This document shows, one piece after another, positions 35,644 to 64,000 of a stretch of 64,000 bases of DNA. The stretch covers positions 2,604,001-2,668,000 of the forward strand of contig OZ218956.1 of assembly GCA_965112735.1 (NCBI GenBank). The letters run 5' to 3'. This DNA is from Phaeosaccion multiseriatum. Lineage: Eukaryota; Protista; Ochrophyta, other classes. Both the position numbers and the translations under genes were made by a program. The notes beneath the pieces were generated by a model. It was not told where the DNA came from and made no database searches. It saw only the letters and a program-made list of their open reading frames with translations. The number at the start of each line of letters is the position of its first letter. The stretch's first letter is position 1.

Positions 35644-36348
35644 GCACGCACGCATTCAGCAGCAGTGTGGACGGACTCTGTGGAGTGATGTCGACTCTGT
35701 GTCGACACTCGTGTGTAGGTAGACATGTAGGTAGGGCAGATGCAGGCAGCATGTAGATATGTGTAGGGACGTAGGTAGGTGAGTAGGTGGGTAGGCAGTA
35801 TGGCTTCGCTCCGTGTGAGGTGAGTAGGTGGGTAGGCAGAGTGGCGCGAGCGACGGCACACGGAGCGAAGCCATACTGAGAGACAAGAGGGCTCCTGAAA
35901 AGCACCTGGAGAGCACTAGAAAGAGAGCTCAGATCTTTGGCCTGGGGGAGTGGTGGCGGGGTGCCAAGGGGAGAGGAGAGGAGGGGAGCGCCAGGAGGTT
36001 GTTTTTCTGTTTGTCCCCTTCTTTCCTTCGTTCGTTTCTCCCCGTCTCCGCTCGCTCATGCAGTCACTCGGCCAACTTCAGAGAAATAGTACTGTATATA
36101 TTTTTCGAAGTATTATACTTTATACACTCGCATCAAAAGAGGAGGGAGAAAGAGCCCCCACCAGGTCTCCCATTTACATCTCTGTGTCTGTCTATCTGTC
36201 TGTCTGTCTGTCTGTCTGTCTCTGTCTGTCCGTCGTCTGTCGACCACTTACTCTGACCCTCACCCTCAGCAAGAAGATACATGACCAATCAATGACCGAT
36301 ACATCCATACCCATACCAAACAACAACAACAACAACATCAACAGCACA

Positions 36349-42657
<6,309 letters not shown>

Positions 42658-42827
42658 CCTCCACTGATCCCTCTCCTTCTTCTTTGAGCTTTCTTGTTTT
42701 GTTTGTTGGAGAAATCCCTACAACAACCTGAGGGCCCTCGATCTCAAACTCATGGTCCAAGGGAAGAGGCATCCTTTCTCCTGCTATATCGAGTCATCGA
42801 AGGGAGGGGAAGCGCTTGGGGTGTGCT

Positions 42828-43444
42828 ATGGGGCCTGCACGGTGCCAAATACGCTTGCTGGCCCTGCTCATCTTCCTGCAGGGCAAGGGAAAGGCATTGC
42901 TACTGGCGCAGGGGTCTCCTTTCTCTGTGCGGTTTGTCCACAATGCGCCCAGACGCACCAGCTGCAGTAGCAGGAGCAGCAGCAGCTTCTGCAGATTCCG
43001 TAGGCCATTAGCAGTGGTGATAGGAGGAAGGGGAGCGGTGACGAGAAGGATGGCTTCATCTCGGTCGACGTCTCCTCCAGTGGCCCCACCTCCACCTCAG
43101 CCTCCAGTCAACAAAGGTGGGGCGGGCAGCAGCGGCCCAGGGGATGTCAACCCCGCCACAGAGGAAGGAGGATCATCGGCAGCGGCAGCAGTAGGGGCTG
43201 CGGGAGAGGCGTCATTAGAGGCAGGGTTGGGGGGGAGAAGTGAGGTCATTAGGACAGAAGTAGCAGAAGGTGTCAGCCTCAGCCAAAGAGGGCAGAGGAT
43301 AGGCAGCGCACAGGGGATGGAGGGCCAGCGCAAGCTGCCATCAGTAGCTCTCCAACAGGCAGCAGTAGTACCCCCTTCACCAAACCCTGTACAACAACAA
43401 CAACCACCACCACAACAACAACAACAACCACCACCCCCACCACC

Positions 43445-43541
<97 letters not shown>

Positions 43542-46014
43542 GCTCAAGTCGAGGAGGATGAGTGGGCCGAAAATGAGGAGTGCGTGGCTCGGTATAAAGA
43601 GTTCACCTACACAGATGCAATGAAGGGACTGGAGGTGATTCTCAAGTGCGAACTTGGGCTGACGCATGCAGAGTGGCTGCGATTGCAGGAGAGCTACTAC
43701 CCACTGGAGAGAGCGAAGAACTACGGCCATGTTTTAGACCGACCGTTTACCGCGGAATCAGAGGAGTGGGGTGGAGAGGGGGAGCAGGTGTGGGGGCAGG
43801 GTCAGGGGCAGGAGTGGGAGGGAGGGGGAGGGGGCGGATCAGAGGCTAGTAGACAAGGTGAGATAGCAGACGACGCGTATCGGGAAGAAGGAAGCGCCAG
43901 GGGCGGAACTGGAGGGACAGGAGGCGGAGGCGAGCAGCAGCAGGAGCAGCAGCAGCAGTGGGGGCAAGAGGATGAGGAGGATGGCGGCAGCGGCAGCGGC
44001 ACCCGAATGGTAAGACGAGGGAAAGTGCCGAGGAGCTTGAAAGAGTACATTCAGTTCCAGAGGGACAAGCGAAAATACACCGAATACTCCATCATGGCAG
44101 GGGGCAGCAAGAGGCGGCGACCCACGCAAGTGAGCGACCTCGTGCGGACCGTCGAGGGACTGTTTGTATACCTTCGTACCGAGCTCAGCCTCAGCAACGA
44201 GGAGGTCAGGAAGATGCTCATGGCGTACTACCCGCTGCTCTCGCGCAGCGCAGTGGACGTACACTATCGAGTGGTGTTTTTGGTCAAGGTGTTGGGCATG
44301 AACAAGACGCAGATTAGCAAGGCCTTCCGGATACAGCCGCGGCTGCTCAGCCTGGACATTGAGCGGGACCTTGCGGGGTGGGTGCGGTGGTTTAAGCTTG
44401 AGCTGGGCATGACGGTGCCTCAGATGGCCAAGTGTGTGACCATATTCCCCGATGTGCTCACCTTTGGGGTGCTGGATGTGCTGGGGCCCAAGCTAGAGTG
44501 GCTGGAGGGAGGAGGAGGAGGAGGAGGAGGAGGAGACGGGGGAGAAGAGAGAGAAGGAGGAGCAGCAGAAGCAGTTGGTGCTACAGCAGCAGCAGCAGGA
44601 GGAGGAGCAGAGGGAGGAGGAGTAGCAGCAGGAGTTGGTGATACGGCGGCGGCGGCAGCAGCAGCAGGAGGAGGAGGAGGAGGAGGAGGAGGAGGAGGAG
44701 GATGGGGCCTGTCGCTCTCTCGTGCGCAGTGCTGCAAGGTGATTGTATCCAACCCCTCCATGCTTGCCTACAATGTGGAGCACAATCTGGAGCCCAAAGT
44801 CCAGTGGTTTGAGCGAGAGCTGGCCTTGACCAGAGCGCAGGTCTGTCTGTGTGTATGGCAGGGGGAGGGTGTGTGAATGAGGTATAAGTTTGTGTGAGAA
44901 GTTATGCATGAGTGGATGTTTTTGAAGGGTGTACTTGCGTGTTGTGTGTGCTACGATTAGCCCTTGTTGTTATTTCTTGGTTTCTCCTATACTCTGACTG
45001 CCTGATTGATCCCTGGTACTCTTCCCAATCCAAGTCACTCCTTCTCCTCCATGTCCTTCCACCCCACCCTCCCACTGGCCTACTCTTAATCCTCACGCCT
45101 CGTTCCTGCCTGCGGTGCTTCACACCACTCTCTATTTGATGTGACCCTCCTCATCCTCCTCCTCCTCCCTCACCCACCCACCCACCACTCCTCCCCAACT
45201 CCTTACCCCTACTCTCCCACCCCGCCACCAACAGATCACGAAAATGGTGGCGCAGTACCCTCAGCTGCTGCGCATGAGCGCGCAGTCCACCCTCATGCCT
45301 AAAGTGCTGTGGATGGAAGAACATCTCGTTCTGAGCAGGAGCCAAGTCTCCAAGGTCGTGCGAAGGTACCCCAGCCTCTTCGCCTGCAGCATTCCGCGCA
45401 ACTTGACCCCCAAACTCGCCTTTTTGACCAAGGAAATGGGCATGTCTCGGGCCCAGGTTTCCAGTCTTGTGAGAACTTACCCTTTCCTTCTCACCCTGAG
45501 CCTGGAGCGCAACCTCAAGCCCAAGGTGGAGTACATTCGACAAGCTTTCTTCTCAAATGGCAGCACAAGTAGCAGCAGTAGCAGCGGCGGCGGCGGCGGC
45601 GATAGCACCAACAGCGATGCCAAGCGTGAACTGAAGGAGGTTATGGCAAGGACTGCGGCGCTGTGGTCCAATTCAGCGGCGAATATCGAGTCCAAACTGG
45701 AGTTTTACCGGACCGAAATGGGGGCCAGTCCAGAGCAGCTTAGGGCGGCTCTTGTCAAGTCGTCCAAGGAAGGCTTCCTTGTGAGCGCGAGTGTCGACAA
45801 GCGCTTGCTTCCTCGAGTCCAACAGTTGAGGAAGGCGGGCATTGAGCCTAGCTTTGAGAGGTTTGCGTGGATCGCCAAAGCGCACAATGTCGACTTTGAG
45901 AGTAGGCTGCAGTCACTCGTGGATGGGGATGACCCGGCGGCGGCACCGCGCGATTCATCAGCCACCACCACCGCCACCGCCGGGCCGGGCAGCAGTAGCA
46001 TCAGCGGCAGCGGG

Positions 46015-46048
<34 letters not shown>

Positions 46049-46215
46049 GGGGTAGCAGCAGCGGGGGCTTGGTTGATGGTGAGGGAGTTGGCGTCGACGA
46101 GGACGAGGAGGCGGAGGAGGAGGCGGAGGAGGAGGAGGAGGAGGAGGAGGAGGAGGAGGAGGAGGAGGAGGAGGAGGGGGGTGTCGATAGGGATGGAGGA
46201 AGAGAGCAACAATAA
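42828..46215 (+). CDS. mTERF-family organellar protein (exons 42828-44840 and 45235-46215; C-terminus may be longer)
   Basis: Tandem ~35-aa mTERF repeats (QPRLLSLDIERDL, NPSMLAYNVEHNLEPKVQWF, YPSLFACSIPRNLTPKLAFL, YPFLLTLSLERNLKPKVEYI) and the terminal SVDKRLLPR motif. The N-terminus is hydrophobic. Confidence 0.85.
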
Positions 46216-47467
46216 CAGCAACAGCAGCAGTAGCAGCAGGAGCACCACCACCACCACCACCACCACCGAAGCAGAGACAGACACAGTGAGAGATGCACCC
46301 CTCTCCATAGCGGAGAAAGACGCCGCTCTCTTCCTGCAGCACACCGGTGTCTCCAGGGACCGAAGCGGGTACGGCAGCATGGCTGCCCCTGCGGGAAGAG
46401 AGAGAGAGAGAGGGGGGGGGGTTCTTGGAAGAGAGAGAATAGAGGGGTTGTGGGTTGATGGGTTGGCCCCTTCGACCCCCCGCCCCTCTTTCCCCGGACT
46501 CCCCTCTCTGCAGCTAGCTGTAGCTGTCGCATTGTTATCTCGCTGGTTCTGGTTGGTCTTTTGGTCAGCATCGTGGTCAACCAACCAAGGCCCCACACGA
46601 CACGACCACAGCACGGCACGGCATACCAACGACAGTGGTGTAGCGCTCGGACGGCACTCCTCCCCAACAACAACAACGAGGGCTGACGAGTCTTGTGGAG
46701 AGAGAGCGCCTGCAGCAATAGCAGCAGCAGAAGCAGGTGGTGATACAATAGAAGGAGCAATGCGGGGGCAGCAGCAGCACAAGCAGCAACAGTTGGTGTG
46801 ATACAGCAGCAGCAACATTAGCAGTTGGTGATACAGCAACAGCATCGTGACTTCGTACTGGTCCGTCCCGTCAGGCCTGCGCCTTGCCCTCACACCACCC
46901 CACGCCGCTCCACCACACACGGCTAGGTGTGTCAATCCCCTCTTCAGCCTTCTTACTGGATGCCTGAGGAGCGGGGGGAGAGACTTATCACAGTCCTGGG
47001 ACTCGCATTAGATCGCTTCACTTCACTGAGAGCAAACAACAAACAAAGCAACTCATTTTTTTTTTTGGATTGCTGCTCCCTTCTGTTGAATATTATTATA
47101 TGTATACATCATATACACCCCCCTCGCAAACGCGTCCATCAAAGGTTGCACGTGAAAGGTTGTTTTCGTTTTTGAATGCTTGTACTTCAGTGGAACTTTC
47201 TTTGATGATATAGTGTACAAAGATGAAATACAATCACTTCAGCCTTCCCATTCTTCCGACCTTTTCATTCCAACGCCCTATACTTACACATATTCACACT
47301 GACTGGTAAGGAAGGTACTCAAGTCTCAAAAGAGGACAAGCGCCCCTTCGTCCTACCCGGGACAAACCCCCTCCTCTAACGGACCGACAGGGGGGGAGGG
47401 GCACTTCCTCCCTCCCTCCCTCCCTCCCTCCCTCCCTTCCTGCACAAAGCCTTGACTAACAAGACTT

Positions 47468-47587
47468 CACTTCAACAAACAAGCTCGTCTTCCACTTCAA
47501 CAAACAAGTTCGTCCTCCACTTCAACAAACAAGCTCGTCTTCCACTTCAACAAAGCTCGCCCTCCACTTCAACAAACAAGCTCGTCC
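47468..47587. repeat. 25-bp tandem repeat x5 overlapping the stop codon of the C2orf69-like gene
   Basis: CTTCAACAAACAAGCTCGTCTTCCA units start at about 47470, 47495, 47520, 47545 (shortened) and 47567. Confidence 0.9.
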
Positions 47588-48292
47588 AGCACCTTGAAGT
47601 GGGCATAGAGTGTCCTCTCTTCGCTCTCTTCACTGTGCATTAGCGCTCTCTCCTCGATCTCTTCCCTGTGCATTCCTCTGTCAGCCCCACCCTCCTCCTC
47701 CTCCTCTTCCTCCTCCTCGGATACTCTGTCTCCCTCCACGTCGTCCTGTCGCCCTCCTCCTCCTCCCAGGCCGGTGCCAGCAAGAAGACACTTCTGCTGC
47801 CCTCGCTGCTGCCCAAAGTACGTCCTCACGCCGAGGGCCAAGTGGTGGTCCTCCAAGGCATCTGCGAATTGTCTCACTTCTACCCGGAGCCAAGGACGTT
47901 CCTCGCTCATCCACTGGTAAGGGGTCCCGTGTGCATAGAGCTCCACCCCCGGATACAGACGGGAAAGGTTCTCCAGCGCCGCCTGGTCCGTGGGGAAAGA
48001 CCCCGGTAGGGAGCCATTACCGCCGTCCACCCAGTGGATGGCAGTCAAATGCAGCCCTCCAAGGGACGCATTCGAGGCACCACTCCTACTCCCAATCCCA
48101 CTTTCGACGCCCCCCCCCTCCACCTCGGTCTCGGCAGAGATCAAGGGCAGGAGTCGGTGGGGGTGGGGGTCCTCGTCCCTCTCGTCCCTCTCCTCTCTCT
48201 CATCTGTGACTCTATTGGCTCTGCCTCTACTGGCAGGGCTGCTTAGAAGACCACATGCGCCACCGCCGCCACCACTGCCGCCGCCACCGCCC

Positions 48293-48333
<41 letters not shown>

Positions 48334-50060
48334 ACTGCTGCTTATGCTCTCACTCCGCCTTCGGCCAAGGGTAAGGGCGCCTTCTCCTCCTACTCCTCCC
48401 CAACTCCTGTTGCTGTTGGTTCTGCTATTGCTGCTACTTCGAGGGCGACTTGCTCGCCGACGAGTGAGCGACTTTCGCCGACAAATGGTGGGTGAAACCG
48501 TCGGGGGAGTCAGTACCGCACGGGACACACTCGGAGAGTGGATGGGCGAGAATGGCACACTTGGAGACTGGAGGGGTGTAAGCTCGCCTCGCTCGGGACA
48601 TGTGGCCTCTCCCTCCCGCTCCCCTGCGGGGCTGATACGCCCCGGCTCCCATAACGATACCGCATTCACTCTTTTCTGGGAGGAAGACGAAGGAGATGGA
48701 GAAGAGGAAGAGGAAGAACAGACCATGCTCTCACCGCTGGTCCTGCTTTGGCCGCTATTGCTGCTATCATGAACAGGGCTGGGGACCATGCTGCTGCGTA
48801 GTACCGAGGGCGTGGGGTGGTCATTGCCATTCCTCGACTTGGCTGCCTTGGGTGCGTCCTGCTGCTGCCGTTGCCGCTGCTTTTCTAGCAAAATCTCTTG
48901 CTCGCTCCTCCTCCTCTTCATCACACCCATTGGAGGCCCAGCAACAGCACACTCCCCACCTCCTCCCTGATGCTGAGCCAACGCCTCCGCAGCAGGCACG
49001 CTGGAAACACCTGCCCGACGTGATGACGCGGAAGAAACCCCCCCACTACCAACTCTACCGTAACTCTGCCCAGTAGAGTCATCACCTTCCTCACTTCCTC
49101 TCCCCCCACAACAAGAAGACGTGTAAGAAGAGGGGAGGCGGGCGGAAGGGGGAGAAGAAGGAGAGGAAGAAGATGCCACGCCCGCCGCTGAAAGCCTCGT
49201 CGAAGACGACAAAGAGGATGCCGAGCCCGCCAGTTCCGTCACAAGCTGATTCAGGACAACCACGCCCTTGCTAAAGCCCACCAATATAATGGGGAGGCTG
49301 CTTAGCATCCCCAAGCGAGCCCCTGCAAGCCTCCTCTCCACCTCCGCCGCTGCTCCGGTCAGTAGCGACGTGAGGTGGGTGGTGGCGTGCCCCCAGGGGC
49401 AGTACCCTACGGCTGCTCCGGTGGACTCCTCGCATTGAGTAAAGTTCTTGTAGCAGCTAAAGACGCCCTCTCGCTGCAAAGAAGGCCGCACGACCCAGAT
49501 GGCGTGCTGCGGCCACTTCCTCGACAACAGAAGGGCCGTCTGGCGTCGTGTGGAGGGGAGTTCGGTTGGGCGGGTGGAGTGATGAGTAAACCAGGAAAAC
49601 CTGGTACCGCCGCGCCATCCACTGCGGCGGAATTCCACACCCAGTCGGGGGCAATCCCTTTTTTCCTTATTGCCCCCTCTCTGCTCTTTTCCCCATGGTG
49701 CTCACCTGCTGAAGCGAGAAGCTGATCCACGCCCCGTGGCCCTGCAGTACATAAGGAAAAAAAGACGGCAAGGAGAGGAGTCAAGCGCGAAAAACGAAGT
49801 AAGGCCCAGCGAAACAGAAAAGGAAAGAAAAAACACACCTTCTCGAGCATCCTTTCTTCCATATCCTGCAAGTCCCCCGGAAAGAAGACGACATGGCCCA
49901 GCAGGGGCACTCCTCCAACAGAGAAGTCGCACGGTGACGAGGAGGAGCGGGCCGGGACTGCTCCCGTTGCAGTCAAGGCCTCTACGGCCGGAGGGCAGAA
50001 GAGCACAGTGTTTGTGCCGCTCTCCACCACGACCTCGCAGCAGAGCATGGTGGGGCCCAT
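47569..50060 (-). CDS. UPF0565/C2orf69-like protein (exons 50060-49839, 49741-49706, 49540-47569)
   Basis: VFFPGDLQ, SFSLQQ|TALLLSRKWP, FSCYKNF, LVGFSKGVVVLNQL, IHWVDGG, HGTPYQW and HFKVL match the family signature order as I recall it. Confidence 0.8.
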
Positions 50061-50480
50061 TGTAAGTGAGCGTGGCTATGGGCTGCTCCTTTTCATGATG
50101 AATGTCTGGGCCAAAAAGACGAGCGAAGATGGAAAAAAAAACTAGGTGGAGTACGGCCTAGTCATAAGCAATGCATTCCCGAGGGGGCGCAGCCTTGTCC
50201 TAAGCAATGCAATCCCCCCAGCACCCCCCACTCTATTAGTAGAGCGCCGGCACTCGCAAGAAGGACCATACGCTTATACCAAAGGACCAACTGTATTCTC
50301 ATTGGTACGGCAGTAGGACAGCCAGCGGCGTTGGGTCGTGAAGGTGTCCCCTTCGTCCTTGATTTCGCTCGCCTTCTATGCTCTCTCTCTCTCTTTCCCA
50401 TTAATCTGTTAACTTCCTTTGCCTGCCTTCCTGCTTGCAGACTTGCTCGGCGGGGGACTTCCAACCAGCAGAAGGAAACT

Positions 50481-60005
<9,525 letters not shown>

Positions 60006-60825
60006 GAGGGTCACATACATACACACGTGTCTAATCTAGGGTATAGAATATAGAGGAGAGAGAAGGGACTCTTTCCAAGTATTATATATGTAAGGTTAGA
60101 GGAGGACATTTTTTTCTTGGTAGTACTGAGTACTGCTGAGGCCAAGTAAGTCACGGTCCTGCGGGTGTGTGTGTGGGCGTGGGCTGTGCTGGGTTTGGGG
60201 GGGGGGGGGGGAGTTAGGGACACCCACCGAATAAACGACAAATGAGGGGCGGGGTTACGTGGGGCTGTTTTCGGCTTCACATTTTTGCTTTTTGCTTTTT
60301 TTTATTTTATCAAGCTAGAGGAGCAAGGAAGAGAGGGGGAGAGGGAGAGAGAGAAAAAATCGAACATCTTGGCAGGAAACAACTAATGGTGCTAGTTAGA
60401 TGGCATCAGTCCCGGGGAAGAAAAAAAAAGAAAAACTCTATTCTTTGGTTTGTCTCCATACAGAGAGAGAGGAGAGATGGGTAGAAAAAAAAGCAAAAAA
60501 TAACCGCATTGGGGGCACTTTTCTCTCTCCTCTCCTCTGCCGCCTACTTACTAGAAGATTTTGCTTGTACCGCGGAGATAAATTTGTTTGCCTACCGTAC
60601 CCCACACAAATCGTGTCTAGTACTGCCCGCCTGTTGTACTCATCAGCACGCTACAACTCCTTTTACCCTTACCCTTGCCTATAAACATATATATATATAT
60701 ATCCCCCATATATCCTTCCACCTCCCTCTCTTCTTTCCTCTCCCTCATCGGCAATCCACTGCCATCCCAGCCCCTCGCCATCCACTGCCATCCATCCATC
60801 CATCCCCCCATCTTCCTCCCTCTCT

Positions 60826-62562
60826 CTACTGCTTCTGCTTGGGGTTCATGAACAGCGAGAGCCTGTTGCCCTCCCTCCTCGGCATCGCCGTCTCCGCCAC
60901 CCCCAGTCCCTCGCAGTCCCTCACAAGATTGTCGATGAGCTGCTTGCCCAGCTTCATATGCTCTTGCTCTCTGCCGCGGAAGCTCACGATAATCTTGACT
61001 CGGCTACCCTCCGACATGAACTTTTGGGCTGAGCGCAATCGCACCTGTAGAAGGACGGGGTCACAAATACACACACATATATATATATATGAAATATTAT
61101 GATATTATACATATATGATATGGGGCATGGGGTATGAGGTATGGGGTATCGGTGGGGTGGGAGAGAGAGACAAGACCACAGGGGGGAGGAAGGAGGGCGT
61201 ACCCAGGGTAGAGGGAATGTACGGGGTATCACCACCTGTCTGACCTACACATACGAGATCATCCTTCGTATCATACACTCCCACACACACGTACCTGGTA
61301 GTCGTGTGTGTCAATCTTGTACGACATTTTGACCTCCTTAATTTCGTTGGCCTTGTTGGTCTTCTTCTGCTCCCTCTTCTTCTTCTCGCTCTGGAACAGG
61401 AATTTGCCATAGTCGATAATCTTCACCACAGGCGGGTCTGCCGTGGGGGAGATCATGACGAGGTCAACGTCCCTGTCCATGGCGGCCTCGAGGGCGTCGC
61501 GGAGGTCCATAATACCGAGGGGTTCGTCGCCCTCGGGTCGGCCCAGGATAACACGCACAGTTTGGGCCTGGGTGGGGGGTGGAGTGCGTTGGGGAGGGTT
61601 GGGGGTTGGTGGGTGGGTGGGTGGTTTGGTTGGTTGGTTGGTTGGTTGGTTGGTGGGTTGGTTGGGTGGTTGGTTGGTTGGTTGGTTGGTTGATTGGTTG
61701 GTGGGTTGGTTTGTTTGTTTGTTTGTTTGGTTGGTTGGTTGGTTGGTTGGTTGGTTGGTTGGTTGGTTGGTGGGTTGGTTTGTTGGTTGGTGGTTGGTGG
61801 GTTGGTGTGTTGCATGTTTGTGTTTGTCGAGGGCAAGACAGGTAGGAGGTGGTAGGTAGGAAATTTAGCGTGGTGTAGTAGACGGTCATGCCGGGTTTGT
61901 GTTTGTAGGGCGCAGGGTGTGTAGGTAGGTAGCTTGGCATGGAGCACACGGAGGACGCCAACGCCTGCCTTGTTCTGCAGCGATGCACACCACGAGGTAG
62001 AGCCACACATCTTCCTTCTGTTCTAGATGCCGCTCTTCCCTTCTTTCCCCCTTCCCCCTCCGCTCCCGTCCCCCCCTCTTGCTCACACCCAGGTCCGCAA
62101 CAAACAACCCCTCCTCCTCCTCATCCGCCACCCCCCCCCTCCTGCACTCTCCTCCGTCGCCTTCGCTCTTCCACTTACGTCAATCTCATTGTTAAGAAGC
62201 GGACGCTCCTCGTCCGGCCCATTCCCTCCTGACTTCCGGCGATCTACCCACACCACCAGCGAATCCCCCCTGCTCCTACATCTGCTAAAACTGTTGCCGC
62301 CAATGCTGCTGCTTCTGCTGCTGCTGCTGATCCCCCTCCCGGCCCCACACCAGCCCCCCCCTGAAGACGCCACGCTCCCCATCGCTCTACTCCTCTTGCC
62401 ACTTCCGCTCCTCTGTGCTCCTGCTGCCCCCGCTCCTCCTGATGCTACTGCCCCCAACGAAGGTCCCACCACGAAGGCGGCGCAATGGATGGTGCTGCCC
62501 CAAAGTAGAAAGCTGCAGCACGTCGCTACCCAAGTCAAGCGCCGAAGCACACGGGGCGCCAT
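60826..62562 (-). CDS. infC: Organellar (probably plastid) translation initiation factor IF3, 3 exons
   Basis: LNNEID|AQTVRVI, DLVMISPTADPPVVKIIDYGKF, IKEVKMSYKIDTHDYQ|VRL and FRGRE. The leader has a hydrophobic signal ending CAA|FVV. Confidence 0.92.
61605..61806. repeat. (TGGT)n microsatellite in an IF3 intron
   Basis: Directly visible. Confidence 0.92.
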
Positions 62563-62928
62563 CCTAACAATAAGACCTGGTTGATTCAAGAAGAAGGGAG
62601 GTGACCGTTGCAGTGCTCTCCGTGTGTGTGTCATGAACCCATTCGTTCGATCGATAGGTGGCAGTGACCCCGAACTTTCAGCTCATCTCCCTGGTTCAGG
62701 GAGCAGGAAAGTCTCTCCTTCTAAAAAAAGGAATCCTATCTCTTCCTTCTCTCCCTTACACCTTCTCTTTCTTCCTCTCCTTCTCCTTCTCTCTGTCTCT
62801 GTCATGGGTGCCGCTTGGCTGGTACTCTGACTCTTTTTGGGAGACCCAATGACCTTGTCCACTGGCGAGAGAGTGTAGCCAGAGGAGGAGAAGCAAGACG
62901 ACCGAGAGGGAGAGGACCCAGCGGTATA

Positions 62929-64000
62929 ATGCCTTCGGCACAGCCAAGCAATGGCTTACAGAGCGGGGGAGGAGTCCCCGATGTGTCTTCCACTAATGCG
63001 GACACCGCCGCATCCGTAGCTGCAGCAGGACAAGGATTTGGACCATCTGGAGGAGGAGGAGGAGGAGGAGGAGGAGTGGGACTGCTCGCTCAGATGGACT
63101 CAAACCCCTTCTTCACCGGAGGCTTGGGCCTTGCAGCCATGGGGGTGGCAGCTGGAGTGCTCAGGAGCGCCATGGGCGTCGGCACCGTGCTACTGCGGCG
63201 CCACCTCATGATGACTCTCGAGGTGACCAACAAAGACCCAAGGTAGGGGTAGTGTCGTAGAGTTGATTGGATACAGTTGTTGAGAGAAGTCAATACCCCG
63301 CTCTCGAAGGGCCCCTTCCCCACTCGCACTCGCTGGTGATGCTGTGACGTCAGCAACGTGCTCTCCCGTCTTGTCTTCCCTTCTCCTTCTTACCTCTCTC
63401 ACCCTCTTCTCTCCCCCTCTTCCTCTCCGCTGGTGCCGTTGTCACAACACAACTGGGGCACTAACAGTTTCCCTTGGGTGATGAACTGGCTCACCACACA
63501 AGGCCGCCGCTCGCAGCACTTGAGTGTGAGCACCCGCCTGGTCCAAGAAGCGGATGGAGCGAAGGTGTGTGAGGAAGGAAGGAAGAGAGGGAGGGAAGGC
63601 GCATAAGGAAGTACAAGATCCACCGTCTTCTCTCCTTGCTATTAGAGGGAAACGAGTTAACACCTGTCTAGAATAAAGCGTCACCTTACCTTCCTCCTCC
63701 CCTTTCCTCTCACCCTCCCTCAGGGGCTCCGCTTCGACATGGTGCCTGGGCCTGGCAAGCACCTCATCCCCTTCCGCAACAAGTGGTTCTGGGTGGACCG
63801 CGAGAGGCAGGTGAGTCAGTTTCCGTTGCAGCTACTGTAATTCGTACCGAAGTGTAAAACACACTCAGTGGTGACCCCCCCCCCCCCCCCCTCTCCTCCT
63901 CGGCACACGCACGTAGGTGACCAGTGTGACCCTCGAGAGCGGGGCGCCCTTCGAAAAGCTCGTGCTCACTACGCTCGGTAGAGACCCCTCTGTCTTCGAC
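62929..64000 (+). CDS. BCS1: Mitochondrial AAA chaperone BCS1, N-terminal part (runs off the right edge)
   Basis: NPFFTGGLGLAAMG, RRHLMMTLEVTNKDP|SFPWVMNWL, SQHLSVST, VPGPGKH, VDRER and GAPFEKLVLTTLGRD. Confidence 0.93.

Overview
Eukaryotic, GC-rich, intron-dense and microsatellite-saturated nuclear DNA. It probably comes from an alga with a complex red-type plastid, inferred from an ASAFAP-like bipartite leader on the plastid IF3. Ten recognisable or probable genes lie as five head-to-head pairs: EF-hand protein(-)/FANCM-like helicase(+), Zn-ribbon Q-rich orphan(-)/MSH4(+), DDX41(-)/mTERF(+), C2orf69-UPF0565-like(-)/AlaRS(+) and plastid IF3(-)/BCS1(+). Between FANCM and MSH4 is an accessory zone with a tandem, internally deleted duplicate of the FANCM 3' half, a duplicated orphan gene and a 5'-truncated RLE-type (CRE-like) non-LTR retrotransposon relic. 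Three observations stand out. (1) A ~3,700-aa FANCM with no ERCC4 domain but with a RanBP2 zinc finger, a PZP (PHD-Zn knuckle-ePHD) reader and a SMARCAL1/XPA/TIPIN-type RPA32-binding motif. (2) A dispersed 15-mer, CAGTTGGTGRTACAG, whose orientation differs between exons and introns. (3) Complementary microsatellites at opposite intron ends and tandem-amplified branch-point units. Most ORF-track entries are microsatellite artefacts. Gene models were spliced by eye and no database searches were run.
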